From NCBI GenBank assembly GCA_964484505.1, contig CAZAFB010000003.1, forward strand, positions 37,044 to 101,043: 64,000 nt of DNA, read 5' to 3'. A program made the translations under genes and the position numbers. Origin of the DNA: an uncultured Bdellovibrionales bacterium. Lineage in GTDB: Bacteria > Patescibacteriota > Minisyncoccia > Moranbacterales > GWC2-37-73. Below are positions 21,366-31,137 of this stretch, in pieces (position 1 is the first letter of the stretch; every line of letters begins with the position of its first letter). The notes under the pieces are model-generated. The model ran no database searches and had not been told where the DNA came from. It saw nothing but the letters and a program-made list of their open reading frames with translations.

Positions 21366-21935
21366 CTATTCTGAAAAAGTGTTGCTGATTTTCTCAGTTA
21401 ACGATAAAGTAGCGGCTAATTCTTCTTCTGAAAAATCCTTAAGTACAAACACGTCTCCTGTCATGGTGCGTGTTTTTTTGCGTTCTGTTCCTTCAATGCC
21501 GATGCGGATGCGCTTGAATTGTTGCGTGCCCAGATGATCTACAATAGATTGTACGCCATTGTGACCGCCAGCAGAGACATCGGTTGAAATTTTGAAAGCC
21601 CCAAGATCTATATCAAGATCGTCATGAACAACAACAATGTCATCCGGGGATAATTTATAAAAATCCATAATTGCTCGCACAACTTGTCCTGAGCGGTTCA
21701 TGAATGATTGAGGCTTGACCAAGATGTAATGCTCTCCGAAGGTTGATCCTTCAGATTCCGAAGGTTCAACCTTCGGAAGTACACCTTCAGACAACTCGGC
21801 GTTGAATTTGTTGCTGAATTGAAATTCAGGCAGATCCCACTTTTTTCTCAATTCATCAAGTACGATGAATCCCGCATTGTGTCGGGTTTTTTCATATTGC
21901 TTGCCGGGATTGCCGAGACCGATTATTAGTTTCAT
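21366..21935 (-). CDS. pth: Peptidyl-tRNA hydrolase
   Basis: IGLGNPG..Y..TRHNAGF, KPQSFMNRSG, HDDLD, GGHNG. Confidence 0.98.
   Translation of the reverse strand: MKLIIGLGNPGKQYEKTRHNAGFIVLDELRKKWDLPEFQFSNKFNAELSEGVLPKVEPSESEGSTFGEHYILVKPQSFMNRSGQVVRAIMDFYKLSPDDIVVVHDDLDIDLGAFKISTDVSAGGHNGVQSIVDHLGTQQFKRIRIGIEGTERKKTRTMTGDVFVLKDFSEEELAATLSLTEKISNTFSE
21735..21778. repeat. Tandem palindromes inserted in frame in pth
   Basis: tccgaaggttgatccttcaga + ttccgaaggttcaaccttcggaa; same AGGTT(C/G)AACCT core at 42334-42370. Confidence 0.75.
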
Positions 21936-21939
21936 AGTT

Positions 21940-22078
21940 CTATAAATTACAAATTGTTTACAAATTATTCTATATTAAGTATCCTTTTATATCTTACACC
22001 TTGTGATGTTATATTTACCAGTAAGGCAAGGTCGGTGGCATCTTTTTTGTATATTTGTATTGATTTGTAATTTGTAGG
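21940..22078. repeat. Family F palindrome, copy 2
   Basis: tataaattacaaattgtttacaaat ... atttgtattgatttgtaatttgtag. Confidence 0.65.
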
Positions 22079-22079
22079 T

Positions 22080-23696
22080 TCATTCGTCCTGGGCTTTGTT
22101 GAATTCCTCAATAGTGTTCTCCTCATATCCATAAGTATCCGCCAAATCTTTGCCTAGCACAATAATGAAATCATAATTATTTTTTATTTCTACGGGATTA
22201 TCCGTTGAGAGCTTGGCAGGAAGTTTTTTGGTCAGCTCATCCAAGGTGAATAGTTTTTGTCCCGAGGTGTTGTCTTGAACAAATGAATCATCTTGTTCGG
22301 CTTTTGTTTTTTCGTTTTCTATAATGACATTTTTCATGTTCAATCTGCCTTCAAGAAGGGAATTTATTTTTTGAGGCAGGGAATGGTCACCGCTGCGGTT
22401 GATGATTGCGAGGGAAGCGTCTTCATTGGCGATATTCTCTTGTCTTTTTTTCAAAATGTCTTGGTTAAAAATATTTTGTGCCAATTCTTGGATTTCACTA
22501 TAATTGCCAACTCTTGGGATAAGAATGAAAGCATTGACTCCACCCAGCTCGACATGCGAGACCTTCAGCAAGCTTTCCGGCTTCCAAGCGTCCACAACTG
22601 CGTTGGTGATGTTTTGCATATCAACCATGCGTGAAAGTTTCAAAAATTGTTCCATTTCTTCCAAAGATAAATCTGTTTTGATATTATTTCCCACTGAATT
22701 CAGAATGGCGTTAATGGTAAGCGGATTTAACAATGTTTGCGCGGAAAAAATTTTATTTTTTACTGCTTGGATAACTTGCTGCTGTCTTTTGGCGCGACCG
22801 AAATCGCCTTGCGGATCGTCATGGCGTTCGCGCACATACTTGAGCGCCGTTGCTCCGTCCAAATCCTGAAGTCCCTTGTCCAATTTGAAAGTTTCATAAC
22901 TGTAGTTTGGACCGGGATAGCGCGTATCATAGATATCGCGCTCTACGGTAACCTTTATTCCACCGATTTTATCAATCACTTGGGTGAACGCATCGAAATC
23001 AACAACAGCGTAATAATGCATTTCAAGTCCTGTTATTTCAGCCACTGCTTGCTTCGCATAATCAGCATTTTTATCTTCCGCAAGACTGATTTGATAAACA
23101 CTGTTGAGTTTGGTATGAATTTGCGAATGGCCCAGTTTTACATATAAGTCGCGGGGCAGTGAAAGCAAGGCCACCTTTTTGTTTTGGGTATCTATGCTCA
23201 TGATCATTATTGTGTCCGTAAGATTCTTGCCTGGTTTCTTTTCACCGGCAGCTCCCAGAAGCAGGATATTGATCCGTCCTTCGTCATATCCGCGCAGAGT
23301 CATCTTGGTATCGTCAGCGCCAAGTAGGGAGGACATGGTACCCCGTACATTTTCCGAAAATGAGCCGTTATGTTGTGAGACGGAAATCTTTTTGCCGGTA
23401 GAATATGTTTTCCAGACAAGAAATCCCGCGCTGATGATTGCAAAAAACAATAATAGTACAAAAAAAAGTAAGCTTAATTTGCGCACAATCTTCTTATTTT
23501 TTGGCGCTGGCTTTTGGGATATAATTCCATATTCTTTTTTTAGTGCCTCTCTTGCTCTCATTTCTGTATCCCGAATATTTTGATCAGCTGTTTGATTGAA
23601 ATTTTTTGGGGTATCAGAAAGAGCCGTATTTGTCGGACGGCTTGGCAGTGGGTGTGCTATTTTTCTTTGTTGAGGCTGTCTGCGTACGATATCCAT
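22080..23696 (-). CDS. LCP (LytR-CpsA-Psr) family protein
   Basis: NILLLG, TDTIM, SLPRDLYV, ALKYVRER, DFGRAKRQQ. Confidence 0.93.
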   Translation of the reverse strand: MDIVRRQPQQRKIAHPLPSRPTNTALSDTPKNFNQTADQNIRDTEMRAREALKKEYGIISQKPAPKNKKIVRKLSLLFFVLLLFFAIISAGFLVWKTYSTGKKISVSQHNGSFSENVRGTMSSLLGADDTKMTLRGYDEGRINILLLGAAGEKKPGKNLTDTIMIMSIDTQNKKVALLSLPRDLYVKLGHSQIHTKLNSVYQISLAEDKNADYAKQAVAEITGLEMHYYAVVDFDAFTQVIDKIGGIKVTVERDIYDTRYPGPNYSYETFKLDKGLQDLDGATALKYVRERHDDPQGDFGRAKRQQQVIQAVKNKIFSAQTLLNPLTINAILNSVGNNIKTDLSLEEMEQFLKLSRMVDMQNITNAVVDAWKPESLLKVSHVELGGVNAFILIPRVGNYSEIQELAQNIFNQDILKKRQENIANEDASLAIINRSGDHSLPQKINSLLEGRLNMKNVIIENEKTKAEQDDSFVQDNTSGQKLFTLDELTKKLPAKLSTDNPVEIKNNYDFIIVLGKDLADTYGYEENTIEEFNKAQDE

Positions 23697-23799
23697 ATAT
23701 CTATGTTATCTCAGCAACAATTCCCAGTCAAAGAGACTATTGCGTCAGGCTTTGGAAAATGGTATGATATGCGTATTGACATTAAATATTGGCTTAAAT

Positions 23800-24429
23800 A
23801 TGGAAAAAAACGAGATAAATGTGGCTGTGGATAAGACAGAGCAGCTTTATTATGGGGTTGGTAATTTTCTTTGGGAAGTAGTCAAGGTTTTTTTCTGGGC
23901 ATTGGTTATTATAATGCCTATAAGGATTTTTCTTTTCCAGCCTTTTTTTGTGCAAGGAGCGAGTATGGAACCTAACTTTGACGACGGTGATTATCTGATC
24001 GTGAATGAATTGGGATACAAAAAGACCACAGTCGGAACAGGTTTTGCTGATTTTTTTACAGTCACTCCCTTCAAGGAGTTGGAGCGCGGCGATATTGTTG
24101 TTTTCAAATATCCCAAGAATCCGCAGCAATATTTTATCAAGCGCATTATCGCTCTTCCGGGAGAGAAGATCCAGATCAGTGCTGGCAAAGTAATTATATT
24201 CAATAGTCAAAATCCCGAAGGACTTGCTTTGGATGAAAGTTATTTGTCAGAGGGCCTAGAGACAACTCCGGAAATTGCTCGCACGCTTTCTGATAGTGAA
24301 TATTTTGTAATGGGTGATAATCGAAAGGCGAGTCATGATTCCAGAGCCTGGGGTCCGCTTCCAAAAGACATGGTTATAGGAAAAGTTCTTTTGCGTGCCT
24401 GGCCTGTTAATAAGGCTAACATTTTTTGA
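23800..24429 (+). CDS. lepB: Signal peptidase I
   Basis: GASMEPNF, IKRIIALPGE, GDNR..S.DSR. Confidence 0.96.
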   Translation: MEKNEINVAVDKTEQLYYGVGNFLWEVVKVFFWALVIIMPIRIFLFQPFFVQGASMEPNFDDGDYLIVNELGYKKTTVGTGFADFFTVTPFKELERGDIVVFKYPKNPQQYFIKRIIALPGEKIQISAGKVIIFNSQNPEGLALDESYLSEGLETTPEIARTLSDSEYFVMGDNRKASHDSRAWGPLPKDMVIGKVLLRAWPVNKANIF

Positions 24430-24568
24430 TGTATCAGTTTTTTTCAGGAGAAATATAGAGTCCGAGAATTTGCACATTTACCAGCAATATATTCAGTAAT
24501 AAACCTATCCCTCATGAATCTTAGACCTCTTGTCTTTGACGCAGGATCGATAGTTTGTGATCAGGATT

Positions 24569-26002
24569 ATGACGCCCAAGAAATCAGCTAAGAAGCAAGC
24601 ATCCTTAAAAGCCAAAACGACAGCAAAGAAGGCTGTTGTCAAATCTGTGTCTGCCAAAAAGAGAGTGAAGAAAAATTTTGAAAAGCAAGGAAATCCCTTA
24701 GTCGAAATAATGCTTCAACCGCCGCGTGGAATGCGCGACCTGCTTCCTGGCGAACAACCATATTGGAATCAAATTCGTCGTGTTACTCAGCGTATGGCTT
24801 TGGAATATGGATTTTCCAGAATAGATTTGCCGGTTGTTGAATATGCCAACTTGTTTGTGCGTTCCATAGGCGAGGGGACAGATATTATCGACAAGGAGAT
24901 GTATATTTTCAATACCAAGGGAGGCGACAGGGTTGCGCTTCGCCCGGAATTTACTGCTGGCATAGCTCGTGCTTATATTCAGCACGGGATGAATGTTTTG
25001 CCAAAGCCGGTAAAACTTTTTTCGACCGGACAAGTATATCGCTACGATCGTCCTCAAGAGGGTCGCTATAGAGAGCACTGGCAAGCTAATTTTGATGTTT
25101 TTGGCGAACAAGACGCGATACTTGATGCCCAAGTGATCCAAATGGCTCACCGGGTGGTTACAGGTCTTGGAATCAAAAATATCGAGTTTCAGGTCAATTC
25201 CATCGGTTGTCCCAAATGTCGCAAGGAATATCAAGATCTGCTTGTGGCATATTTTGAATCAAAAAAACAAAAACTTTGTCTGAATTGCAAAAAACGTCTG
25301 GAAACAAATCCCCTGCGCATTTTAGATTGCAAAGAAGACAAATGTATGCAGGTTGCGGCAAGTGCCCCGCAATCGATAGATCATCTTTGCGCAGAATGTC
25401 GTACTCATTTCAAAAATCTGTTGGAATATCTTGACGAACTTGATTTGCCTTATGTCATAAATCCTCGTTTGGTGCGCGGTCTGAGTTATTATACTAAAAC
25501 TGTTTTTGAAGTATGGTCTGTTGATGAAGAGGGTAGAAAATATTCCTTTGGCGGTGGGGGCAGATATGATCACCTTGTCGAACATATAGGGGGTGAACAT
25601 ACGCCGGCAATCGGTTTCGGTTTAGGAATGGATCGCTTGGTAAATGAAATGAAGAGAGTTCATGCTAAATTCTATGTTGAACCTAAGCCGCGGATATTCT
25701 TGGCGCAGCTTGGTGATTTGGCCAAGAAAAAAAGCTTAAGGTTGTTTGCCGAGCTTCAAAAAAACGGCATTCTTGCCGCGGAAAGTTTTGGCAGAGGGTC
25801 GCTCAAATCACAGCTTCGTGTTGCTGATAAGTTGGGGGTGGAAATAACCCTGATTGTCGGACAGAAAGAAGCTTTGGATGGAACTGTAATCATCAAAGAC
25901 ATGGTTAGCGGCACTCAAGAAACCGTTTCTAACGAAAAAATTGTTAATATGGTAAGGAAACTTCTTAAAAATAATAATGTTGTGGTTTCCCACAACTCAT
26001 AA
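24569..26002 (+). CDS. hisS: Histidyl-tRNA synthetase with Lys-rich N-terminal extension
   Basis: PRGMRD, LRPEFTA, RPQEGRYRE, LVRGLSYY, GGGRYD. Confidence 0.98.
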   Translation: MTPKKSAKKQASLKAKTTAKKAVVKSVSAKKRVKKNFEKQGNPLVEIMLQPPRGMRDLLPGEQPYWNQIRRVTQRMALEYGFSRIDLPVVEYANLFVRSIGEGTDIIDKEMYIFNTKGGDRVALRPEFTAGIARAYIQHGMNVLPKPVKLFSTGQVYRYDRPQEGRYREHWQANFDVFGEQDAILDAQVIQMAHRVVTGLGIKNIEFQVNSIGCPKCRKEYQDLLVAYFESKKQKLCLNCKKRLETNPLRILDCKEDKCMQVAASAPQSIDHLCAECRTHFKNLLEYLDELDLPYVINPRLVRGLSYYTKTVFEVWSVDEEGRKYSFGGGGRYDHLVEHIGGEHTPAIGFGLGMDRLVNEMKRVHAKFYVEPKPRIFLAQLGDLAKKKSLRLFAELQKNGILAAESFGRGSLKSQLRVADKLGVEITLIVGQKEALDGTVIIKDMVSGTQETVSNEKIVNMVRKLLKNNNVVVSHNS

Positions 26003-26066
26003 ATAAAAAAACAGAACCTTGTGCGCCTGGTTTGTGGATCATGCGCCTGGCGTTTTGGAAAAACGT

Positions 26067-26420
26067 ATGCAGTGCATTTTTTGCAAAATCGCCTCCAAAG
26101 AAGTCCCTGCGGACATAGTCTGGGAAGATGATGATGTGGTGGCTTTTCACGACATCAAAGCATTGGCCCCGGTCCACATACTGGTCATTCCCAAGAAACA
26201 TTTTTCCAGCCTTAATGATATAACCGACAATGATAAGGCACTCATGGGAAAACTGATGATTAGCGCTCAAAAAGTTGCTGAAAAAATGGGGATTGCCAAA
26301 GAGGGATATAAATTTTTAATAAGAGTTGGCCAACATGGTGGTCAGGAAGTGGATCATCTGCATATCCACATAATCGGTGGAACCCAACTGTTTGAGGAAA
26401 TTCATCCTCTGTTGCAGTAA
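26067..26420 (+). CDS. HIT family nucleotide-binding protein
   Basis: CIFCKI and HLHIHIIGG. Confidence 0.95.
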   Translation: MQCIFCKIASKEVPADIVWEDDDVVAFHDIKALAPVHILVIPKKHFSSLNDITDNDKALMGKLMISAQKVAEKMGIAKEGYKFLIRVGQHGGQEVDHLHIHIIGGTQLFEEIHPLLQ

Positions 26421-26560
26421 TTTTGACTTATTATCGCTGTCATGTTATGGTAAGGCAAAGCCGGCCTAGGAATTGGGAGAGTTTTGACTTTCGCCAGGTT
26501 TGCGCTTATAAAAGGCTAATTATCAATTTTTTTGATAAAATTTTAGAGGGGAGGTTTTAT

Positions 26561-26815
26561 ATGATTGAAGTAAAAAAGAAGGATAGGGAAACCGCTGAAA
26601 GTTTGATTAGGCGCTTTTCAAGGCGTATCCAACAAAGCGGCGTTTTGGTAAGAGCTCGCAAAACCAGGTTCCGCACGGAGGAAAAAAGTAAGCGTGAAAA
26701 GAGACAAGAAGCTCTATACAAAGTCAAAATTCGTAAAGAAATAGACAAGCTTAAGAAATTAGGTAAGTTTGACGATGAAGCTTTGCGAAATATCAAACGC
26801 AAAATGGGCGAATAA
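26561..26815 (+). CDS. rpsU: 30S ribosomal protein S21
   Basis: MIEVKK...E...SLIRRF.RR.Q.SG.L; GGAGG SD; precedes yqeY. Confidence 0.85.
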   Translation: MIEVKKKDRETAESLIRRFSRRIQQSGVLVRARKTRFRTEEKSKREKRQEALYKVKIRKEIDKLKKLGKFDDEALRNIKRKMGE

Positions 26816-26893
26816 AATAGGTTGCGAATCAGTGCGAATGTAATGCATATGCTAATATTTGCGAATCATTCATTCGCATCAATTTGTATCTTT

Positions 26894-27352
26894 ATGACTA
26901 TAAAGAATAAAATCCAAGAAGATCTTAAAGCGGCAATGAAATCGGGCGATAGCTTTCGTCGCGATGTTTTGCGCTTGCTGGATAGTGCTATCAAGAATGT
27001 GGAAATAGAAAAGAAAAAACGCGAAGAAGGATTGAGTGAAGAAGAGGTTATAGAAGTCATTTCCAGGGCGGTAAAACAAAGACAAGACAGCATCAAACAA
27101 TATAATGATGGCGGGCGAGGAGACTTGGCCGAGAAAGAACAAAAAGAACTTGATATAATCATGGAATATATGCCGGAGCAGCTTTCCGAAGATGAAATCG
27201 AAAAGATCGTTGCGGAAACTATTTCCCAAGTGGGAGTTTTGTCGCCTGCTGATATGGGCAAGGTCATGAGTATGGTGATGGCGAAGTTGAAAGGAAAGGC
27301 TGATGGTAACGTTGTGCGCGACATAGTTCAGAAAAAATTGGCGGCAAAATAA
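26894..27352 (+). CDS. GatB/YqeY domain protein
   Basis: DLK.AMK, KQRQDSI.QY..GGR.DLA.KE..E, DMGKVM, ADG. Confidence 0.95.
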   Translation: MTIKNKIQEDLKAAMKSGDSFRRDVLRLLDSAIKNVEIEKKKREEGLSEEEVIEVISRAVKQRQDSIKQYNDGGRGDLAEKEQKELDIIMEYMPEQLSEDEIEKIVAETISQVGVLSPADMGKVMSMVMAKLKGKADGNVVRDIVQKKLAAK

Positions 27353-27354
27353 GC

Positions 27355-27825
27355 ATGACTATATCTGTAAATAAAAGGATTTGCAAATTGGAAGTACAGG
27401 TAAATAATTGTACGGATTATAATTTTTCTAAAAGGCAAATTAGGGATGTCTGCCGCAAAGCGATTGATTTGTATCGCGCTCATAATGCAGGAAAGGAAGA
27501 ATTTTCCATAAGCATTGCTTTGGTAGGGCAGAATGAGATGCGAAAGTTGAACAGAAATTTTAGAAAAAAAGACAAGGTAACGGACGTGCTTTCATTTTGC
27601 GAAGAGGAATCTATCCCTGATATCATAGAAGAGGGACAAAAAAAATATTTGGGTGAAATAATATTATGTCCTTCATATATCGATAACGACACTCAATTTT
27701 TTGTGGCTCTCGCTCATGGCACTCTCCATCTCTTGGGCGCAAGGCATGGCAAAAAAATGTTTGCAATTCAGGAGGAAGCCGGATCTTCCATAATAAAAAA
27801 AGTATCAAAAAACAAAGATGAATGA
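27355..27825 (+). CDS. ybeY: rRNA maturation RNase YbeY
   Basis: LN..FR.KD..TDVLSF, LGEI, HGTLHLLG..H. Confidence 0.9.
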   Translation: MTISVNKRICKLEVQVNNCTDYNFSKRQIRDVCRKAIDLYRAHNAGKEEFSISIALVGQNEMRKLNRNFRKKDKVTDVLSFCEEESIPDIIEEGQKKYLGEIILCPSYIDNDTQFFVALAHGTLHLLGARHGKKMFAIQEEAGSSIIKKVSKNKDE

Positions 27826-28210
27826 AGAGATAAGGAAATTCAACAGAAGTGTTTCACATGCCGTTGATGGATTGGTTTATGCTCTCAAACATGAGCGCAA
27901 TTTTCGTGTCGAAATTGTGATTGCGGCGGTGGTATTGTTTCTGATTTTTGTTTTTAAAGTGAAAAATTGGGAGGCTATAGTTTTGATTCTGATGATTTTG
28001 GGCGTGCTTGTGGCAGAACTAACAAACACCGTCCTGGAAAGGGTTGTGGATATGCTTAAACCGAAAATTCATCCCTACGCCAGACTTATCAAGGACATTA
28101 TGGCTGCGGTGGTACTTCTCACTTCGGTAGTTTCGGCGGTTGTAGGTGTGATAATTTTTTATCCGTATATTCGTGATTTGATTGTGATTTTTTTCAATGG
28201 CAAATTATAA
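27818..28210 (+). CDS. Diacylglycerol/undecaprenol kinase (DgkA family)
   Basis: E.NFR, AEL.NT..E..VD, IKDI.AA.V. Confidence 0.9.
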   Translation: MNEEIRKFNRSVSHAVDGLVYALKHERNFRVEIVIAAVVLFLIFVFKVKNWEAIVLILMILGVLVAELTNTVLERVVDMLKPKIHPYARLIKDIMAAVVLLTSVVSAVVGVIIFYPYIRDLIVIFFNGKL

Positions 28211-28290
28211 TTCTGATTCGAACAAATTTTTGCTATAATAAAAAGTACGTGTCTGGTTACCGGTAAAAAACAAAAAAACGAAAATTGATC

Positions 28291-29544
28291 ATGGAAAAGA
28301 TAAATCCCATAGTTGGCATAGATATAGGCTCTTCTTCAGTCCGCACCATAATTGCGGACATTGGTCGTGGTGATACTGATCCCAGGGTGATTGGTATCGG
28401 CATAGAATCTTCAGTGGGAATAAGGCGTGGCTCTGTGGTTGATGTTACTGAAGTGGTTAAGTGCATCAATGCTTCAGTGGAAGCAGCGGAAAGAATGGCA
28501 GGAATAGCCGTGGAAGACGCTTTGGTTAGCATAGGTGGTACAGGTATAGTCTTTCAATATGCCAAGGGCGTCGTGGCAGTGGCTAAGGCTGACGGGGAAG
28601 TAACGGAAGAAGATTTGAATAGGGCTATAAGTGAGGCGCAGGTTTTTCAAGTTCCTGCCAATAATGAAATATTGCATGTGATACCGCGTAGTTTCAGATT
28701 GGATGATCAGGATGGTATCAGGGATCCCGTGGGAATGAAAGGAGTGCGTCTGGAAGTGGATGCTTTGATAATCCAAAGCAATTCTTCCCAAATAAAGAAT
28801 CTTACCAAATGCGTGTATCAATCAGGCATAGAAATAGCCGACATGGTGCTTTCTCCTTTGGCAGCTTCTCGGGCAGTGCTGACCAAAAAACAAAAAGAAT
28901 TGGGAGTGGCTTTGGTTAATATTGGTGGCGGAACCACCTCGTTGGCCATATATGAGGAAGGTGATCTTTTACATACGACTATTCTCCCAGTTGGAGCGGG
29001 GCACATAACTAATGATATTGCTATTGGTTTGCGTACATCAATTGAAGTTGCTGAGCGTGTAAAATTGGAATTCGGCGCAGCTTGCCCGGATTATGTGGAT
29101 AAAAAAGAAGAAATTGACCTTTCATTGATTGATTCCGGGGAAGAGGGCGTGGTCTCGCGACATCATGTTTCTGAAATAATCGAGGCCAGGCTGGAAGAAC
29201 TTTTTGAACTGGTCCATGCCGAATTGCGCTCGGCCGGCAAAGCCGGGCTTCTTCCCGCGGGAATAGTGCTTACTGGCGGAGGGGCGAAGATGCCACATAT
29301 TGTGGAACTTGCCAAAGAAAAATTGAAATTACCCATGCAAGTCGGTTTTCCGCAGGGTTTGGGTGGAATTTTGGATAAAGTTGACGACCCATCTTTCACA
29401 ACCGCTGCCGGTCTTGTCCTTTGGGGAGCAGACCAGGGGTCTTCAAAACATGCGTCGCAATCCGGAATGACTAAAATGTTTTCTAAAAATGCCGGTGAAA
29501 CAATGGATACATTCAGGAAATTGATGAAAAAGTTCCTGCCCTGA
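28291..29544 (+). CDS. ftsA: Cell division protein FtsA
   Basis: GIDIGSS, IGGGTT, LTGGGA; upstream of ftsZ. Confidence 0.97.
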   Translation: MEKINPIVGIDIGSSSVRTIIADIGRGDTDPRVIGIGIESSVGIRRGSVVDVTEVVKCINASVEAAERMAGIAVEDALVSIGGTGIVFQYAKGVVAVAKADGEVTEEDLNRAISEAQVFQVPANNEILHVIPRSFRLDDQDGIRDPVGMKGVRLEVDALIIQSNSSQIKNLTKCVYQSGIEIADMVLSPLAASRAVLTKKQKELGVALVNIGGGTTSLAIYEEGDLLHTTILPVGAGHITNDIAIGLRTSIEVAERVKLEFGAACPDYVDKKEEIDLSLIDSGEEGVVSRHHVSEIIEARLEELFELVHAELRSAGKAGLLPAGIVLTGGGAKMPHIVELAKEKLKLPMQVGFPQGLGGILDKVDDPSFTTAAGLVLWGADQGSSKHASQSGMTKMFSKNAGETMDTFRKLMKKFLP

Positions 29545-29700
29545 GCGCGATTTACCTTATTTGACATGAGTATAGTTGACGTGATACATTTAGGTACTAG
29601 AGAAAAAAACAAAAACTTCCAAAAATAAAACAAAAATAGATGCAAAGAGTTTGCTAACTATTTTTCATATTGATCAGGAGAATTTTGATCAGGAAACCCT

Positions 29701-30957
29701 ATGGCTGAAATAAAACCAGACATTGAAACATTTGCACGCATAAAAGTAGTCGGAGTCGGAGGTTCTGGCGGTAATGCTTTGAGCCGGATGATCGATGCAA
29801 AGATAAAAGGAGTTGAATATGTGGCGATCAACACTGATGCGCAGGCTTTGCATCACTCCAAAGCTTCGGAAAAGGTACATATAGGCAAAAACCTAACCAA
29901 AGGATTGGGAGCAGGAATGAATCCGGAAGTGGGAAGGCAGGCTGCCGAAGAGAATCGTGAGGAAATTCAAGAAGTGCTCAAGGGAGCAGATATGGTTTTT
30001 GTAACTTGTGGTTTGGGTGGAGGAACGGGAACCGGAGCGGCTCCTGTGGTTGCTGAGACTGCTAAAGAGTTAGGTGCACTCACAGTGGCTGTTGTCACCA
30101 AGCCTTTTTCTTTTGAAGGAGCGCAAAGGCGTGCTATCGGTGAAGAAGGTTTGCAGAATCTCAAAGATCGCGTTGATACTTTGATTACAATTCCTAATGA
30201 CAAATTGCTTTCCATTATTGATCGCAAGACAACCTTAATCAGCGCTTTTCGCATCGTGGATGATATCCTAAGACAAGGTGTGCAGGGAATTTCTGATTTG
30301 ATCACAAAGCCCGGAATTGTTAATGTAGACTTTGCCGATGTTCGCGCAATTATGCAAGACAGTGGCTCGGCCCTCATGGGAATCGGCATTGCCAGTGGTG
30401 AAAGTCGTGCTTCCGAAGCTGCCAAAGCGGCAATTAATAGTCCACTTCTGGAACTTTCTGTTGATGGAGCGAAGGGAGTACTTTTCAATATTTCTGGTTC
30501 CAGTGATCTGACGATGTTGGAAATAAACGAAGCTGCCAATATTATCACTGAAAGCATTGATCCGAACGCAAAAGTTATTTTCGGTGCGGTTGTTGATGAT
30601 CAGGTTAAGAAAGGCGAGATTCATATCACGGTGGTGGCAACAGGCTTTGATGCCGAAAGGGAAGCAAGGAAAGAAAATCTTTTGGTAAATCGTGTTTCTC
30701 CGAAGTCGCAAGTTGCTCAGGTTCAGCAGCAGACATATACAGCTCCGGCCTATTCTGAAGAAAAGGTTCAGTCGGTTGCTGCAAAAGAGGAACTCGAAGA
30801 TAAAATAACTTTTCCAACCAAGAGAATACTTGAGCCGAAAATGATTATTGAAGAGAAGATTCAGCCTCGTCCGATTGCACCGGTCGCGCAGACTCAAGAA
30901 CCGGAAGAAGAGGAATTGGAAATCCCAGCATTTATTAGAAGAAAAATGCAGAAATAA
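29701..30957 (+). CDS. ftsZ: Cell division protein FtsZ
   Basis: GGGTGTG tubulin signature, NVDFAD, IPAFIRR tail. Confidence 0.99.
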   Translation: MAEIKPDIETFARIKVVGVGGSGGNALSRMIDAKIKGVEYVAINTDAQALHHSKASEKVHIGKNLTKGLGAGMNPEVGRQAAEENREEIQEVLKGADMVFVTCGLGGGTGTGAAPVVAETAKELGALTVAVVTKPFSFEGAQRRAIGEEGLQNLKDRVDTLITIPNDKLLSIIDRKTTLISAFRIVDDILRQGVQGISDLITKPGIVNVDFADVRAIMQDSGSALMGIGIASGESRASEAAKAAINSPLLELSVDGAKGVLFNISGSSDLTMLEINEAANIITESIDPNAKVIFGAVVDDQVKKGEIHITVVATGFDAEREARKENLLVNRVSPKSQVAQVQQQTYTAPAYSEEKVQSVAAKEELEDKITFPTKRILEPKMIIEEKIQPRPIAPVAQTQEPEEEELEIPAFIRRKMQK

Positions 30958-30985
30958 CTTTCAACTTACAATTTACAATAAATGA

Positions 30986-31010
30986 CAAAAGCGGGGCATC
31001 CGCTTTTTTG
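30986..31010 (+). terminator. Intrinsic terminator after ftsZ
   Basis: caaaagcgg-ggcat-ccgcttttttg. Confidence 0.75.
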
Positions 31011-31137
31011 TTTGCTGCCTGCAGTGAACCCCTGTGGCTTGCTGTGCATAACTAAGCGCTTCTTTGATGAAATAGTTTGGTATATAATGTATTTGTGGTC
31101 TAAATAAAAATATTTAGAGAAAAATTAAACCAAAAAT

